Shown one piece after another: positions 39,318 through 49,058 of a stretch of 64,000 bases of DNA. Under the pieces are notes generated by a model, which made no database searches, had not been told where the DNA came from, and saw only the letters and a program-made list of their open reading frames with translations. Each line of letters opens with the position of its first letter. Position 1 is the stretch's first letter. The position numbers and the translations under genes are program-made. Location of the stretch: positions 62,001 through 126,000 of IMG/VR virus record IMGVR_UViG_3300042566_001780. One strand, written 5' to 3'.

Positions 39318-39593
39318 ATGGGTTTACCATTTTTAGACAAGTTTAAAAAAGAAGTTGCTAAGCTTGAAACGGTTGGCGTCGGCATTAAAGAAACAGAAGT
39401 TTGGTTGAGTACTGGCAATTATGCATTGAATCGCGCATTGTCTGGTGATTTCAAAAAAGGCGTTCCGCTCAGTAAGATCACCCTGTTCGCGGGTCCCAGT
39501 GGGTGTTTGCCGGCTGATGAGAAGGTTGGAATTTATGTTTTTAAATCGCAGCCCTCAATAACAACGCCAATCTTTTTTGAAGAAAAAAAGTAA
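39318..39593 (+). CDS. uvsX: UvsX/RecA part 1 (62 aa) plus split intein N-fragment (29 aa, from 39504)
   Basis: STGNYALNRALSG..FAGPSG then CLPADEKV. Confidence 0.9.
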   Translation: MGLPFLDKFKKEVAKLETVGVGIKETEVWLSTGNYALNRALSGDFKKGVPLSKITLFAGPSGCLPADEKVGIYVFKSQPSITTPIFFEEKK

Positions 39594-39601
39594 AAAGTGT
39601 G

Positions 39602-39634
39602 ACGCTCCTATAAATAGCTTATTTATAGGAGCGT
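39602..39634 (+). promoter_or_regulatory. late promoter TATAAATA in a perfect 15-bp hairpin that covers the endonuclease RBS
   Basis: ACGCTCCTATAAATA-GCT-TATTTATAGGAGCGT; ATG at 39638. Confidence 0.8.
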
Positions 39635-39637
39635 ATT

Positions 39638-40879
39638 ATGACAGCAAAACTTTACGATTTATTTCTTCATGCTAACACTGGCAAAAAACCAGTTAAACCG
39701 AGACCATTAGTATCTTTTGAAACATTTAAAGACATAATTCTCTCAAATATCAGTAATATATTTGAAGATGATGCGTTTTTAAAAAATAAATATGATCAAT
39801 ACTGTGCTTTATATAACAGTACAGTGTTAACAAAAATTAGTGGTGTAGCAGCTATTTTAGGATTTGAATCAAAAAATACATGCTTAAATTATTGGCTTTC
39901 ACGTGGATGGCCCGCAGATATTGCATTAGAAAAACATCGAAATAGGCAAGCTACAGTTAAATTGGCAAATATAGCCAAATCGCACAATGTTTCAATGTCT
40001 GAAGCTAAAAGAATAAAAACTGAGAGACTTAATCGTGGAATAGAAACATTAAAAAATAAAAGCAATTACGATGAAATTTGCTATTCGCGTGGAAATAGTA
40101 TGCGAGTTTCATATTATGAAACTAAAATAAATCCCAAAACTGGAAATTTATATACGTCTAAAGAGGCAGCTGATTTAATTGCGCAAAAATCAGCAAAAAG
40201 AGCAACTAAATTTTGGGATGATGTACGCGCTGGGAGAAAAATTTATGATGCTTCGACATCGCTAAATTATTATCTGAAAAAGGGTATGACAGAAGATGAA
40301 GCGCGGGCAGCTTTAACCAAGAGGCAAACAACTTTTTCTAAGCAAATATGCATAGAAAAACATGGACATGATAAGGGATTAGAAATATTTAATAAAAGAC
40401 AGGAAAAATGGTTGGCTACTTTAAATTCTTTTTCTGATGAAGAGAAACAAAGAATTTTAATAGCAAAAACCAGTAAATCAAAATCATATTCTCAAGAAGC
40501 TACTAAATTTTTAATTAAACTTTTGGATAAACTTGGCATTTCTAGAAACTCAGAATATGTTAAAATGTGTGATAACGAAATGTTTTTATGGTCGCGAGAT
40601 AAAAAGATAGGTTTTTATGATTTAGCAATTGTAAATTTAAAAATAATTGTTGAATACCATGGATCATCATTTCATCCAAATCCAAATTTATCTGAGGATC
40701 AATTAAAATGCTGGATAAACCCAATTACTAAGGTGAGTGCATATGATCAAAGAAAAAGAGATTTTCAAAAACTGATAACTGCAAAAGAGCATGGATATAC
40801 AGTGTTTGAAGTTTGGGACGCAGACGATCATGATTCAAAAATTATTGAAATTTGTAACTTTATAAAGGAAAAACTATGA
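39638..40879 (+). mobile_element. free-standing Vsr-like homing endonuclease inside fractured uvsX
   Basis: KRQTTFSKQICIEKHG..RQEKW; YDL..IVEYHGSSFH..GYTVFEVW; locally very AT-rich. Confidence 0.8.
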
Positions 40880-42312
40880 GTACTTTTACCGCTGAAGTGA
40901 TGTTAGCAGAGTTGTTAGCTAATTTTTCATCGCAAGATTTGATCAAGAAAATTGGTATTTCTAAACCAACACTTAAAAAGCTTTATGATGGTGAAGCTAG
41001 CAATGAAGTGTTGTTTAAACTAGAACAGGCTTTTTTGGCACATGTAAGAGCAAACATTAAACAGATTTCGATGTCAAATTTAAAGTCGATTTTGGAATCT
41101 GGTAATACTGTAATGGTGGATACGCCTGATGGGCCTCAGGCGATTATTAAATTTTTTAATAAAGATGCTAGGTCTATTGTTAAACTCAGCACAGCAAATG
41201 GAAAAACACTAACATGTTCAAATGACCATTTAGTTGAAACTGATTTTGGGTGGGCGTATGCAAATAAAGATGTAGTTGGCAAAAATGTACTAACTGGTGA
41301 AGGCTTTAATCCTGTAATTAAAGTTGAAGACCTAGCACCTGAACCCGTTTTCGACTTTGAAGTAGCACATCCAAACCATCGTTATTGGGGCGGTGATGGT
41401 ATTTCTTCTCACAATTCTGGAAAATCCTTCATAGCTTCCAATCTTGCATTGCAGGCTCAAAAAGATGGATACCATGTTCTGTATCTTGACTCCGAGCATG
41501 CTATTGATGTTGATTATCTGAAGAAGATTGGTGTTGACGTTAGTGAAGATAGTCTTACATATCTCTCAGTCACTACCATTGAAGATGTCAACTCGGTGCT
41601 TTCCGAATTCTTTAGTGGGTATGTTAAGGCGTATGGTAAGGATTCTACGACTGCACCCAAAACCCTGATTGTTCTTGATAGTCTTGCTATGTTGAGTTCT
41701 GCTACTGAGATGGAGAACTATGACAAAGGCGGCATCATTAAAGCGGACCAAGGTATTCTCGCAAAACGTCGTAAAGCAATGCTTCGACTAGCTACTGGTC
41801 ATTTGGGTCGGTTGCCAGTCAACATGGTGATTACCGACCACGTGTACCCCGCTGATATTATGGCAGGTGACGGTGCATGGGCAATTACAAACTCCACTAA
41901 ATTCTCATCTTCAATTATTGGTATTGTCACAAAGCTCAAGCTAAAAGAAGAAGGTGAAATTACTGGTGTTCGCATGCGTTTTGAAACGTATAAGAGCCGA
42001 TTTGCAAAGCTTGGCACTAAGGTTGAGCTTGAAGTTCCTTATAACAAGGGAATGAGCCCTTTTAGTGGATTGCTTCCGCTTCTTGAAAGCATGGGAGTTA
42101 TTGCTAAAGGTACTAAGCCTGGTGAAAAGCTTCTTTGGGTATGCGAATGGACAGATGAAGATGGCGAAATTCATGAAGTCAAGTTCAAGGAAAAAGATTT
42201 GACTGATGACATTGTTCAGGAACTTCTTAAGCATCCTCTTTGCGCTGCAACAATGGCTCGCCCAGCTACTAAAGAAGATGAACCTTCTCTTGAAGATGAC
42301 GATGTAGAGTAA
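40876..42312 (+). CDS. uvsX: HTH-like segment plus split intein C-fragment (180 aa total), then UvsX part 2 (298 aa)
   Basis: TCSNDH, VFDFEV..SSHN/SGKS; YLDSE, IVLDSL. Confidence 0.9.
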   Translation: MSTFTAEVMLAELLANFSSQDLIKKIGISKPTLKKLYDGEASNEVLFKLEQAFLAHVRANIKQISMSNLKSILESGNTVMVDTPDGPQAIIKFFNKDARSIVKLSTANGKTLTCSNDHLVETDFGWAYANKDVVGKNVLTGEGFNPVIKVEDLAPEPVFDFEVAHPNHRYWGGDGISSHNSGKSFIASNLALQAQKDGYHVLYLDSEHAIDVDYLKKIGVDVSEDSLTYLSVTTIEDVNSVLSEFFSGYVKAYGKDSTTAPKTLIVLDSLAMLSSATEMENYDKGGIIKADQGILAKRRKAMLRLATGHLGRLPVNMVITDHVYPADIMAGDGAWAITNSTKFSSSIIGIVTKLKLKEEGEITGVRMRFETYKSRFAKLGTKVELEVPYNKGMSPFSGLLPLLESMGVIAKGTKPGEKLLWVCEWTDEDGEIHEVKFKEKDLTDDIVQELLKHPLCAATMARPATKEDEPSLEDDDVE

Positions 42313-42316
42313 GCAT

Positions 42317-42338
42317 GCACGGGGGAATTCCCCCGTGC
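42317..42338. terminator. GC-rich palindrome/terminator
   Basis: GCACGGGGGAATTCCCCCGTGC. Confidence 0.55.
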
Positions 42339-42352
42339 CTTAACTGATTACC

Positions 42353-42832
42353 ATGGCAAAAAACTCAATTAATCTTTTCGCTTTAGGTCTAACTTTTGAT
42401 CAACTTTCAGGCGAGCTGTTATCTTTCTTCACTCAATGGTCTGAAGAGATTGCACAAGCTGAGCCAATTTTTGACATTAAAGGTGCGCATCTTGAAAAAG
42501 TAACTCGTGATGTACCGCACCACCAATCTTTCTATTCGCAAAGAGCAGCAGAAGCAAAAGCTGTTGTGAAATGGTTGGAGATCTTCAAATCTCAAAAAGA
42601 GTCAAAGTATTTGAAGAATTACAACAATTCGCCTCGGGCTCTCGGTGTTAAAGAGCAAGCAATTTATTTGCAGGGTGAAAAAGAAATTGTTGAAATTAAT
42701 CAATTGTTAGTTGAGGCAAATTTGAGAATGCAACAATTTGAAGAGATTGTCGAAGCAATCAAACAACTGAGTTGGACATGTTCAAACATTGTCAAGCTTC
42801 GAGTAGCAGAACTTACCGACATTGTGATCTAA
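42353..42832 (+). CDS. uvsY: recombination mediator UvsY-like
   Basis: Helical 159 aa between uvsX and uvsW; ends SNIVKLRVAE. Confidence 0.75.
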   Translation: MAKNSINLFALGLTFDQLSGELLSFFTQWSEEIAQAEPIFDIKGAHLEKVTRDVPHHQSFYSQRAAEAKAVVKWLEIFKSQKESKYLKNYNNSPRALGVKEQAIYLQGEKEIVEINQLLVEANLRMQQFEEIVEAIKQLSWTCSNIVKLRVAELTDIVI

Positions 42833-42833
42833 C

Positions 42834-44276
42834 ATGAAAACTGCGCATATTTGGGTAAAAGACGAAGTCTGGATGACAGTCACAGGTCTTGAATCTGCCG
42901 ACTCAACATTCTTATGGAACTATTTTGGAATTGAAGTCGAAGGTTCTTGGTACATGCCAGCTCGCAAGCTTGGCCGGTGGGATGGAAAGATTCGTTTCTT
43001 TGATAAGACTGGCAAAATTTATTTGCGGCTACTTGAGGAAGTGCTTCCATTTCTTGAGAAATGGGGTTACGAGATTGAGCTGCACGATGAGCGTCGCCCA
43101 GTGCCAATCATTACGGCTCGAGCTACTGAGAATATGTTTGATGGCAAATCTCAAGTGCCTATCAAAATCCGCCCTTATCAGCTTGAAGCTGTCAATGCCG
43201 CTCTTGAAAACGGGTCAGGTATTGTTTTAGCGGCTACTTCAAGTGGCAAAACTATTATGTGTGCTGCTTTGTGTGAAGCGCTTGGCAGCCATGATATTCG
43301 TTGTTTGCTGATTGTTCCATCTGCTGATCTTGTTGACCAAACTGTTAATACATTCAAATTAGCAGGTGTTGACGTTGGTACGTATAGTGGAAGCAAAAAA
43401 GATTTAGCGCATCAGCACATTGTGGCTACTTGGCAAGCTCTGCAAAATCAGATGCATATTGTCTCAAATCCTTCCTCTCCAGGTATTGAGCTTGAGCATC
43501 GCGGATTCAATTGCTTGATTGTTGATGAGTGCCACGGTGCTGCAGCTAAAGTTCTTGGAGAGCTGATCAACAATCATGGGCAGCATATTGCATATCGTTT
43601 TGGATTGACTGGTACTTTACCAACTCCAAAAACGGATATGTATACCATTCGTGGATCACTTGGAGAAGTCATTTATGAAATCTCTGCAGCCACGTTAATG
43701 GAACAAGGTTACCTCGCGCAAGTTGAAATTCAGCCTGTTGAGATTCAAGAACTTGCAGATGAAGATTTTCCAGATTACACATCTGAAAAAGCATTCATTT
43801 CCCGCCAGCCAAATCGTCTAGATTTTATTGCTGATTACATTATTGATAGGGCTAATGCTCACGGAAATACCTTGGTGTTGGTGAATAACATCAAACAGGG
43901 TCAACAGCTTCATAAGCTTATTAAAGATTCCGTATTTTTGTATGGGGCTACAGAAAACGAAATTCGAGCTGAATGGTATTCGACTTTTGCTAACCGCGAT
44001 GACTTGATTGTGATTGCTACATTCGGTATTGCAAGTACTGGCATTTCAATTGATCGGATCTTTTGCTTATTCATGATTGATTCTGGAAAGAGCGCCATTA
44101 GAACTATTCAATCTATTGGACGTTCTCTAAGAAAAGGTCATGATAAAAATAGTGCTAAAGTTTATGACGTGTACTCATCTTTGAAATGGGGCAAAAAACA
44201 TGCAAGAGAACGCGTAAAGTATTACAAAAAAGCTCTATACCCAGTGCTAAAGGCCATTAAAGCAAAACTATCCTGA
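42834..44276 (+). CDS. uvsW: SF2 DNA helicase UvsW-like
   Basis: WDGKI, RPYQ, ATSSGKT, DECH, GLTGT, QSIGR. Confidence 0.92.
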   Translation: MKTAHIWVKDEVWMTVTGLESADSTFLWNYFGIEVEGSWYMPARKLGRWDGKIRFFDKTGKIYLRLLEEVLPFLEKWGYEIELHDERRPVPIITARATENMFDGKSQVPIKIRPYQLEAVNAALENGSGIVLAATSSGKTIMCAALCEALGSHDIRCLLIVPSADLVDQTVNTFKLAGVDVGTYSGSKKDLAHQHIVATWQALQNQMHIVSNPSSPGIELEHRGFNCLIVDECHGAAAKVLGELINNHGQHIAYRFGLTGTLPTPKTDMYTIRGSLGEVIYEISAATLMEQGYLAQVEIQPVEIQELADEDFPDYTSEKAFISRQPNRLDFIADYIIDRANAHGNTLVLVNNIKQGQQLHKLIKDSVFLYGATENEIRAEWYSTFANRDDLIVIATFGIASTGISIDRIFCLFMIDSGKSAIRTIQSIGRSLRKGHDKNSAKVYDVYSSLKWGKKHARERVKYYKKALYPVLKAIKAKLS

Positions 44277-44349
44277 ATTCATTGTTACGTAACATTGTAA
44301 ACTTGTTACAATGTTACATGTTGTGGCGCATTCCTGAAAGATCATCCCA

Positions 44350-44862
44350 ATGAGCATTGTTATTAACGAAATCAATAAACCATATCTAATAGATTCATTG
44401 ACTCAGCCACTTCCCCTAAGACATCATTGGATTTTTGATGCACATTTTCTTGATTTCACTTTAGCCGAGATCAATTACTTAGAGGAAACAGTTGGTCCTG
44501 CTATTTCACTGCTTATTGCAGAGTGTGAAATAAAGGTGCCTAGTGGTTGGAACATTTTGATTGTTGACAGGGAAACGTCCACAGTCGACGTAGTTCCAGT
44601 GTCAAAATGCGCAGCAATGGAATATTTGGCATTTGTTTTTTCTCCTGAAGATGGTAAACTGATTACTGAGCCAATTAAAGTTATTGATTGGGCTGAGAAA
44701 GACGCTTGTATTTTTCCAGCAGTGGCTACAGGCACTGCAGTTATTCACTCAATTGCTCCAGGTGTTTTACATGGTAAAACAATCAATCGTGGGATTATCT
44801 TAAGCCCCCATGATCTGTGGAGATGGATCGGTGGTAAAACAATTGGTGATATTTTGGGTTGA
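44350..44862 (+). CDS. conserved hypothetical protein (beta-rich)
   Basis: 170-aa ORF between uvsW and nrdA. Confidence 0.6.
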   Translation: MSIVINEINKPYLIDSLTQPLPLRHHWIFDAHFLDFTLAEINYLEETVGPAISLLIAECEIKVPSGWNILIVDRETSTVDVVPVSKCAAMEYLAFVFSPEDGKLITEPIKVIDWAEKDACIFPAVATGTAVIHSIAPGVLHGKTINRGIILSPHDLWRWIGGKTIGDILG

Positions 44863-44880
44863 TTTTTCGCCCACCACCAA

Positions 44881-44888
44881 ATAAATAG
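44881..44888 (+). promoter_or_regulatory. late-type promoter ATAAATAG
   Basis: 31 nt upstream of nrdA. Confidence 0.5.
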
Positions 44889-44919
44889 ACATTCTTTTCA
44901 ACAATAGGCATCAATAAAA

Positions 44920-47634
44920 ATGATCAAAACAATTATCAAGCGCAATGGATCTCGTGAACAATTTAATGCAGCAAAGCTAAATGGCTGGGGAGAATGGGCA
45001 GCACGCAAACTAGGCCATCTAGTTGATTGGCCTGCAGTAGTATTGCATGCAGTTAGCACTCTACCAGAAGATTGTACTAGTGAACAGCTGCAAAATGCGC
45101 TTATTGATTTTTGTTTGGCTAAGAAAACTTGGGAATACAACCTGATGGCTGGTCGGTTGTATGCTGCACTAATGTCTAAGCAAATTCATGGTCGTAAGAA
45201 GCCATCTATTAAAGATCTGCAAACTGCATTGTTCAATGATGGCTTGATGGCTCAGCTTAATTATTCTGATGAAGAATATGAGCAGATTGAGAAAATGATC
45301 AATCATAATCTTGATCTGAAAAGCTCACATTATGAATTGCAACAGATTCGTTACAAATATGCCCTTCGCAATAAAGTGACTGGTAAAGAATACGAAACTC
45401 CACAGTTCACGTATATGCGCATGGCTATGGCTCTTGCAGAAAATGAGCCAAAAGAAAATCGCATGACTGATGTTGCTAAATGGTACGAGCATCTTTCACA
45501 TAAGCGCATCAATGCTCCGACACCTTACTACACTAACCTTGGCACTACTCATAACGGTTATGCATCGTGCTGCGTGTATACAACGGGTGATACGGCTCCT
45601 TCTCTTGCCGCTGGCGATCATATTGCTTATATGATGACGGTGATGAGCGCCGGTATTGGTTCGCATATCAAAACCCGGTCACTTGGAGATCCAGTGCGTG
45701 GCGGCCTCATTAAGCACCAAGGTAAAATTCCATACTATCGCGCATTGGTCGGTGCTATTGGTGCAAACTTGCAAAATGGCCGGGGCGGCGCAGCTACTGT
45801 CCACTACACCGCGTATGATCCAGAAGTTGAAGTTATTGCAAAGCTCAAGAATGCAATGACACCAGCTGCTAAGCAAGTTCGTGGCTGCGACTACAGTTTT
45901 GGATCTAACAAGTTCTTCGCAAAAATGGCTGCGCAGGATAAAGAAATTGCCACCTTCTCTTATCACGATGCTCCTGAACTCTATGAAGCACAGTATGACG
46001 GCGATTCCACCAAATTCGAAAGACTTTATGAAGAATTTTTAGCTTCAGAAAAAAAGCGCACAGTTTTTTCTGCGCGCAAAATTCTTATAAGCGCTCTTGA
46101 AGAGGCGTATGAAACTGGCCGCCATTACCTGCACTTCACTGATACTATCAATAAGCATACACCTTTCAAGGAAAAGATTTATTCCTCGAACCTGTGTCTT
46201 GCGGGTAATACTTTAGTTAAAGCTAAGATTGATGGCTTTGAACGTGAAGTTACTCTTGAAGTTCTAGATGATGCATTCTGGGCTGGTGCTTCTATTGAAG
46301 TTATGTCGATGAATGATAGCACAAAGATTCGCGAGTACAAAAAAGTGGTGGCATCTAAACTGATGCGTCGCTCTGCAGAAGTTTTGTCTATCAAAGATGA
46401 ACTGTTTAGCAATGAGATTGTTTGCACTGGCGATCACAAAGTGTATACAGTTAATCGCGGCTATGTGGAAGCTAAAGATCTTCTGCCAAGTGATGCCCTT
46501 AATGTCAATGGCGAAATTAGCTTTGGCGTGATTAAAACCGAATTGCAAGATCGCATTGATGTCTATGACATTACTGTTGAAGACAACCACAATTTTTATG
46601 CAAACAATATTCTGGTGCATAACTGCCAAGAAATTGCTTTGGTGACCAAACCATTCAAGTCAGTGCAGCAGCTGTATGAAGATTACACCGAGGACTCTGG
46701 CGAAATCGCTCTTTGCAATATTGCCGCTATCGTAGTCTCAAACATTGAGAATGATGCTCAATATGATGAAGTTGCTTATTACACATTGAAGATGATTGAT
46801 GTAGGTATTCATAAGAGCACCTACGTCTTTAAGGCTCTTGAGCAAACTGCAAAAGCCCGCCTTAATGCTGGTGTTGGAATGATGGGTGTTGCTCATCTAA
46901 TGGCAAAAAATGGTAAGAAGTATTCTTCTCAAGAAGGTAAAAACTTTATGCATGAACTAGCAGAAACTCATGCATGGCATGTCATCAATGCTTCTCTGAA
47001 GCTTGCAAAAGAAAAAGGCAATGCTCCATGGATGCATAAGACCAAGTGGCCTGAAGGGTGGTTGCCAATTGACACGTATGAAAAGAAAGTCGATAGTTTA
47101 GTGACTGTTGAAAATAAGCGTGATTGGGAATCTCTTAGAAAAGAAATCATTGCCAATGGTGGCATTCGTAATTCTGTCTGTATAGCCTTCATGCCGGGTG
47201 AGTCGTCAAGTTTGTCGAGCGGAACCACTAATGGCCTATATCCAATCCGAGATTTTGACCTTGTTAAGACTAGCGATACTATGGCAGTCAATTACGTAGT
47301 ACCTGATGCCACGAAGCTCCGCGATAAATATGAAATAGCCTGGGATGTTCCTACCACTGATCTAATTCATCATTATGCAATTGTCCAAAAATGGACAGAT
47401 CAAGCAATTAGCGCTGATCTTTATCGCAAGATTCAAGGTGATGATACGGTTGGCACTACTGAAATGATGGAAATTTATTTCAATCTGGTACGCTATGGAA
47501 TTAAGACCCGCTATTACCAAAATAGCTTGACTGCAAAGGGTATTGATCTTAATTCATCTGAAACAAATGATGATGCCCAAGTTATAATTAACGACTCTGA
47601 TGATGAAGCTAATTGTGAAGGCTGTTCTCTATGA
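44920..47634 (+). CDS. nrdA: class Ia ribonucleotide reductase alpha subunit with cis mini-intein
   Basis: ATP cone IIKRNG, ASCC, SSNL/C.EI, MPGESSS, C-terminal CEGC. Confidence 0.95.
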   Translation: MIKTIIKRNGSREQFNAAKLNGWGEWAARKLGHLVDWPAVVLHAVSTLPEDCTSEQLQNALIDFCLAKKTWEYNLMAGRLYAALMSKQIHGRKKPSIKDLQTALFNDGLMAQLNYSDEEYEQIEKMINHNLDLKSSHYELQQIRYKYALRNKVTGKEYETPQFTYMRMAMALAENEPKENRMTDVAKWYEHLSHKRINAPTPYYTNLGTTHNGYASCCVYTTGDTAPSLAAGDHIAYMMTVMSAGIGSHIKTRSLGDPVRGGLIKHQGKIPYYRALVGAIGANLQNGRGGAATVHYTAYDPEVEVIAKLKNAMTPAAKQVRGCDYSFGSNKFFAKMAAQDKEIATFSYHDAPELYEAQYDGDSTKFERLYEEFLASEKKRTVFSARKILISALEEAYETGRHYLHFTDTINKHTPFKEKIYSSNLCLAGNTLVKAKIDGFEREVTLEVLDDAFWAGASIEVMSMNDSTKIREYKKVVASKLMRRSAEVLSIKDELFSNEIVCTGDHKVYTVNRGYVEAKDLLPSDALNVNGEISFGVIKTELQDRIDVYDITVEDNHNFYANNILVHNCQEIALVTKPFKSVQQLYEDYTEDSGEIALCNIAAIVVSNIENDAQYDEVAYYTLKMIDVGIHKSTYVFKALEQTAKARLNAGVGMMGVAHLMAKNGKKYSSQEGKNFMHELAETHAWHVINASLKLAKEKGNAPWMHKTKWPEGWLPIDTYEKKVDSLVTVENKRDWESLRKEIIANGGIRNSVCIAFMPGESSSLSSGTTNGLYPIRDFDLVKTSDTMAVNYVVPDATKLRDKYEIAWDVPTTDLIHHYAIVQKWTDQAISADLYRKIQGDDTVGTTEMMEIYFNLVRYGIKTRYYQNSLTAKGIDLNSSETNDDAQVIINDSDDEANCEGCSL
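46195..46623 (+). mobile_element. 143-aa contiguous mini-intein in nrdA
   Basis: CLAGNT..CTGDH..VYDITV..ILVHN/C. Confidence 0.92.
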
Positions 47635-48731
47635 CAACTAGTGTTTTTAATGCGCAAAAAACAATTGAAGAGTATCAAAATGAATCTCTCCTGATGGGCT
47701 CGGATCCGGGCCTTTTTGATACTATTCACAAACGACATCCAAAGATCTGGTCTCTTTATAAGGAGATGAAATCTTTGGATTGGTCTGAGGATGAATTTGA
47801 TTATTCTCAGTGCAACATGGACTTCAAATCTTGCCCGAAATCTGTGGCAGATATGATGATTCGCACCTTGATGTGGCAGTGGGAAGCTGATAGTGTGGCT
47901 TCTCGTTCTATTATCTCTGTGGTAGCACCTTTTATTTCGTCAAGTGAATTATGGGCTGCATGGCAACGGGTGTCTGATAATGAAGTGATTCATGCAGCCA
48001 CCTATTCTGAAATTGTTCGGATGTCTTTTGATGATCCACGACAAGTTCTATCAGAAATCCTTGAGCTAAAAGAAACATTGTTTCGATTGAATGCAGTTAC
48101 CAGTGTCTTTGATGAAGTGTTCAAAGTAAGTCATGAGTATGCTCTAGGCTTACGTGAAAATAATCAAGACACTTACAACTATGCATTTTTGATTGCTGCT
48201 ACGATGTTGATGTTAGAAAGAATCCAGTTTATGGCTTCTTTTGCAGTCACGTTTACTATTTGCGCATCTGGTGTTTTCCAACCAATTGGAAAAGCGGTTC
48301 AGAAAATTGCTCAAGATGAACTTGAGGTACATGCTGAACTCGATAAAGCAATCATTGCTCATGAATTGACTACAGCCCGCGGTCAAATTGCGCGTGATCA
48401 AATGGATGCTCGTATTCATGAAATCTTCAACAACATTGTTGAGTCAGAATTTGCATGGATAGATTATCTCTTCTCTGAGGGTCGCACTCTTGTTGGTGCA
48501 AATGCAGAACTTCTGAAACAATGGGTTCTATTCAATGCTAAGGATGTAGCTCGATTCCTTAATTTGAAGACCAACCACCGTTTCCCAAAACACAATCCAA
48601 TGCCGCTTCTGGAAAACTGGATCAACATTAATAAGCAACAAGCTGCTCCGCAAGAGCAAGATATTGCAGCTTATAAGGTTGGTACTACTGTGTCTGATGA
48701 TGCCGGCGTTAAATTTGATGTCGATTTCTAA
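47631..48731 (+). CDS. nrdB: ribonucleotide reductase beta subunit
   Basis: W...E, NEVIH..TY, LERIQF, DELEVH, APQE. Confidence 0.93.
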   Translation: MTTSVFNAQKTIEEYQNESLLMGSDPGLFDTIHKRHPKIWSLYKEMKSLDWSEDEFDYSQCNMDFKSCPKSVADMMIRTLMWQWEADSVASRSIISVVAPFISSSELWAAWQRVSDNEVIHAATYSEIVRMSFDDPRQVLSEILELKETLFRLNAVTSVFDEVFKVSHEYALGLRENNQDTYNYAFLIAATMLMLERIQFMASFAVTFTICASGVFQPIGKAVQKIAQDELEVHAELDKAIIAHELTTARGQIARDQMDARIHEIFNNIVESEFAWIDYLFSEGRTLVGANAELLKQWVLFNAKDVARFLNLKTNHRFPKHNPMPLLENWININKQQAAPQEQDIAAYKVGTTVSDDAGVKFDVDF

Positions 48732-48734
48732 ACT

Positions 48735-48742
48735 CTAAATAG
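48735..48742 (+). promoter_or_regulatory. late promoter CTAAATAG
   Basis: 8 nt before the glutaredoxin ATG. Confidence 0.5.
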
Positions 48743-48750
48743 AAAGTCTT

Positions 48751-49005
48751 ATGCTCAATAATGTTACTCTTTACAGCAAGCCAAATTGCCAATATTGTGA
48801 AAAAGCTAAATTTCTTCTTGAATCCAAAGGTATTCAGTATGATGCTGTTCATTTGGATGTTGGTCAACCTAAGATTGATGGAGTATCTTACATTTCTCGG
48901 GATAATTTACTTCAACTAATTCCAGGGGCAAAAACGATGCCTCAAATCTTGGTTGATGGAATACCAATTGGCGGATATACTGACTTAGCAGCAATGCTTA
49001 ACTGA
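48751..49005 (+). CDS. nrdC: glutaredoxin
   Basis: CQYC, TMPQI, IGGY. Confidence 0.9.
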   Translation: MLNNVTLYSKPNCQYCEKAKFLLESKGIQYDAVHLDVGQPKIDGVSYISRDNLLQLIPGAKTMPQILVDGIPIGGYTDLAAMLN

Positions 49006-49027
49006 ATTAGATTTTTCTTCTTCGACG

Positions 49028-49058
49028 AAGGACTACATGTCAAAGTGTAGTCCTTTTT
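49028..49058 (+). terminator. intrinsic terminator
   Basis: AAGGACTACAT-GTCAAA-GTGTAGTCCTT then TTT. Confidence 0.75.
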
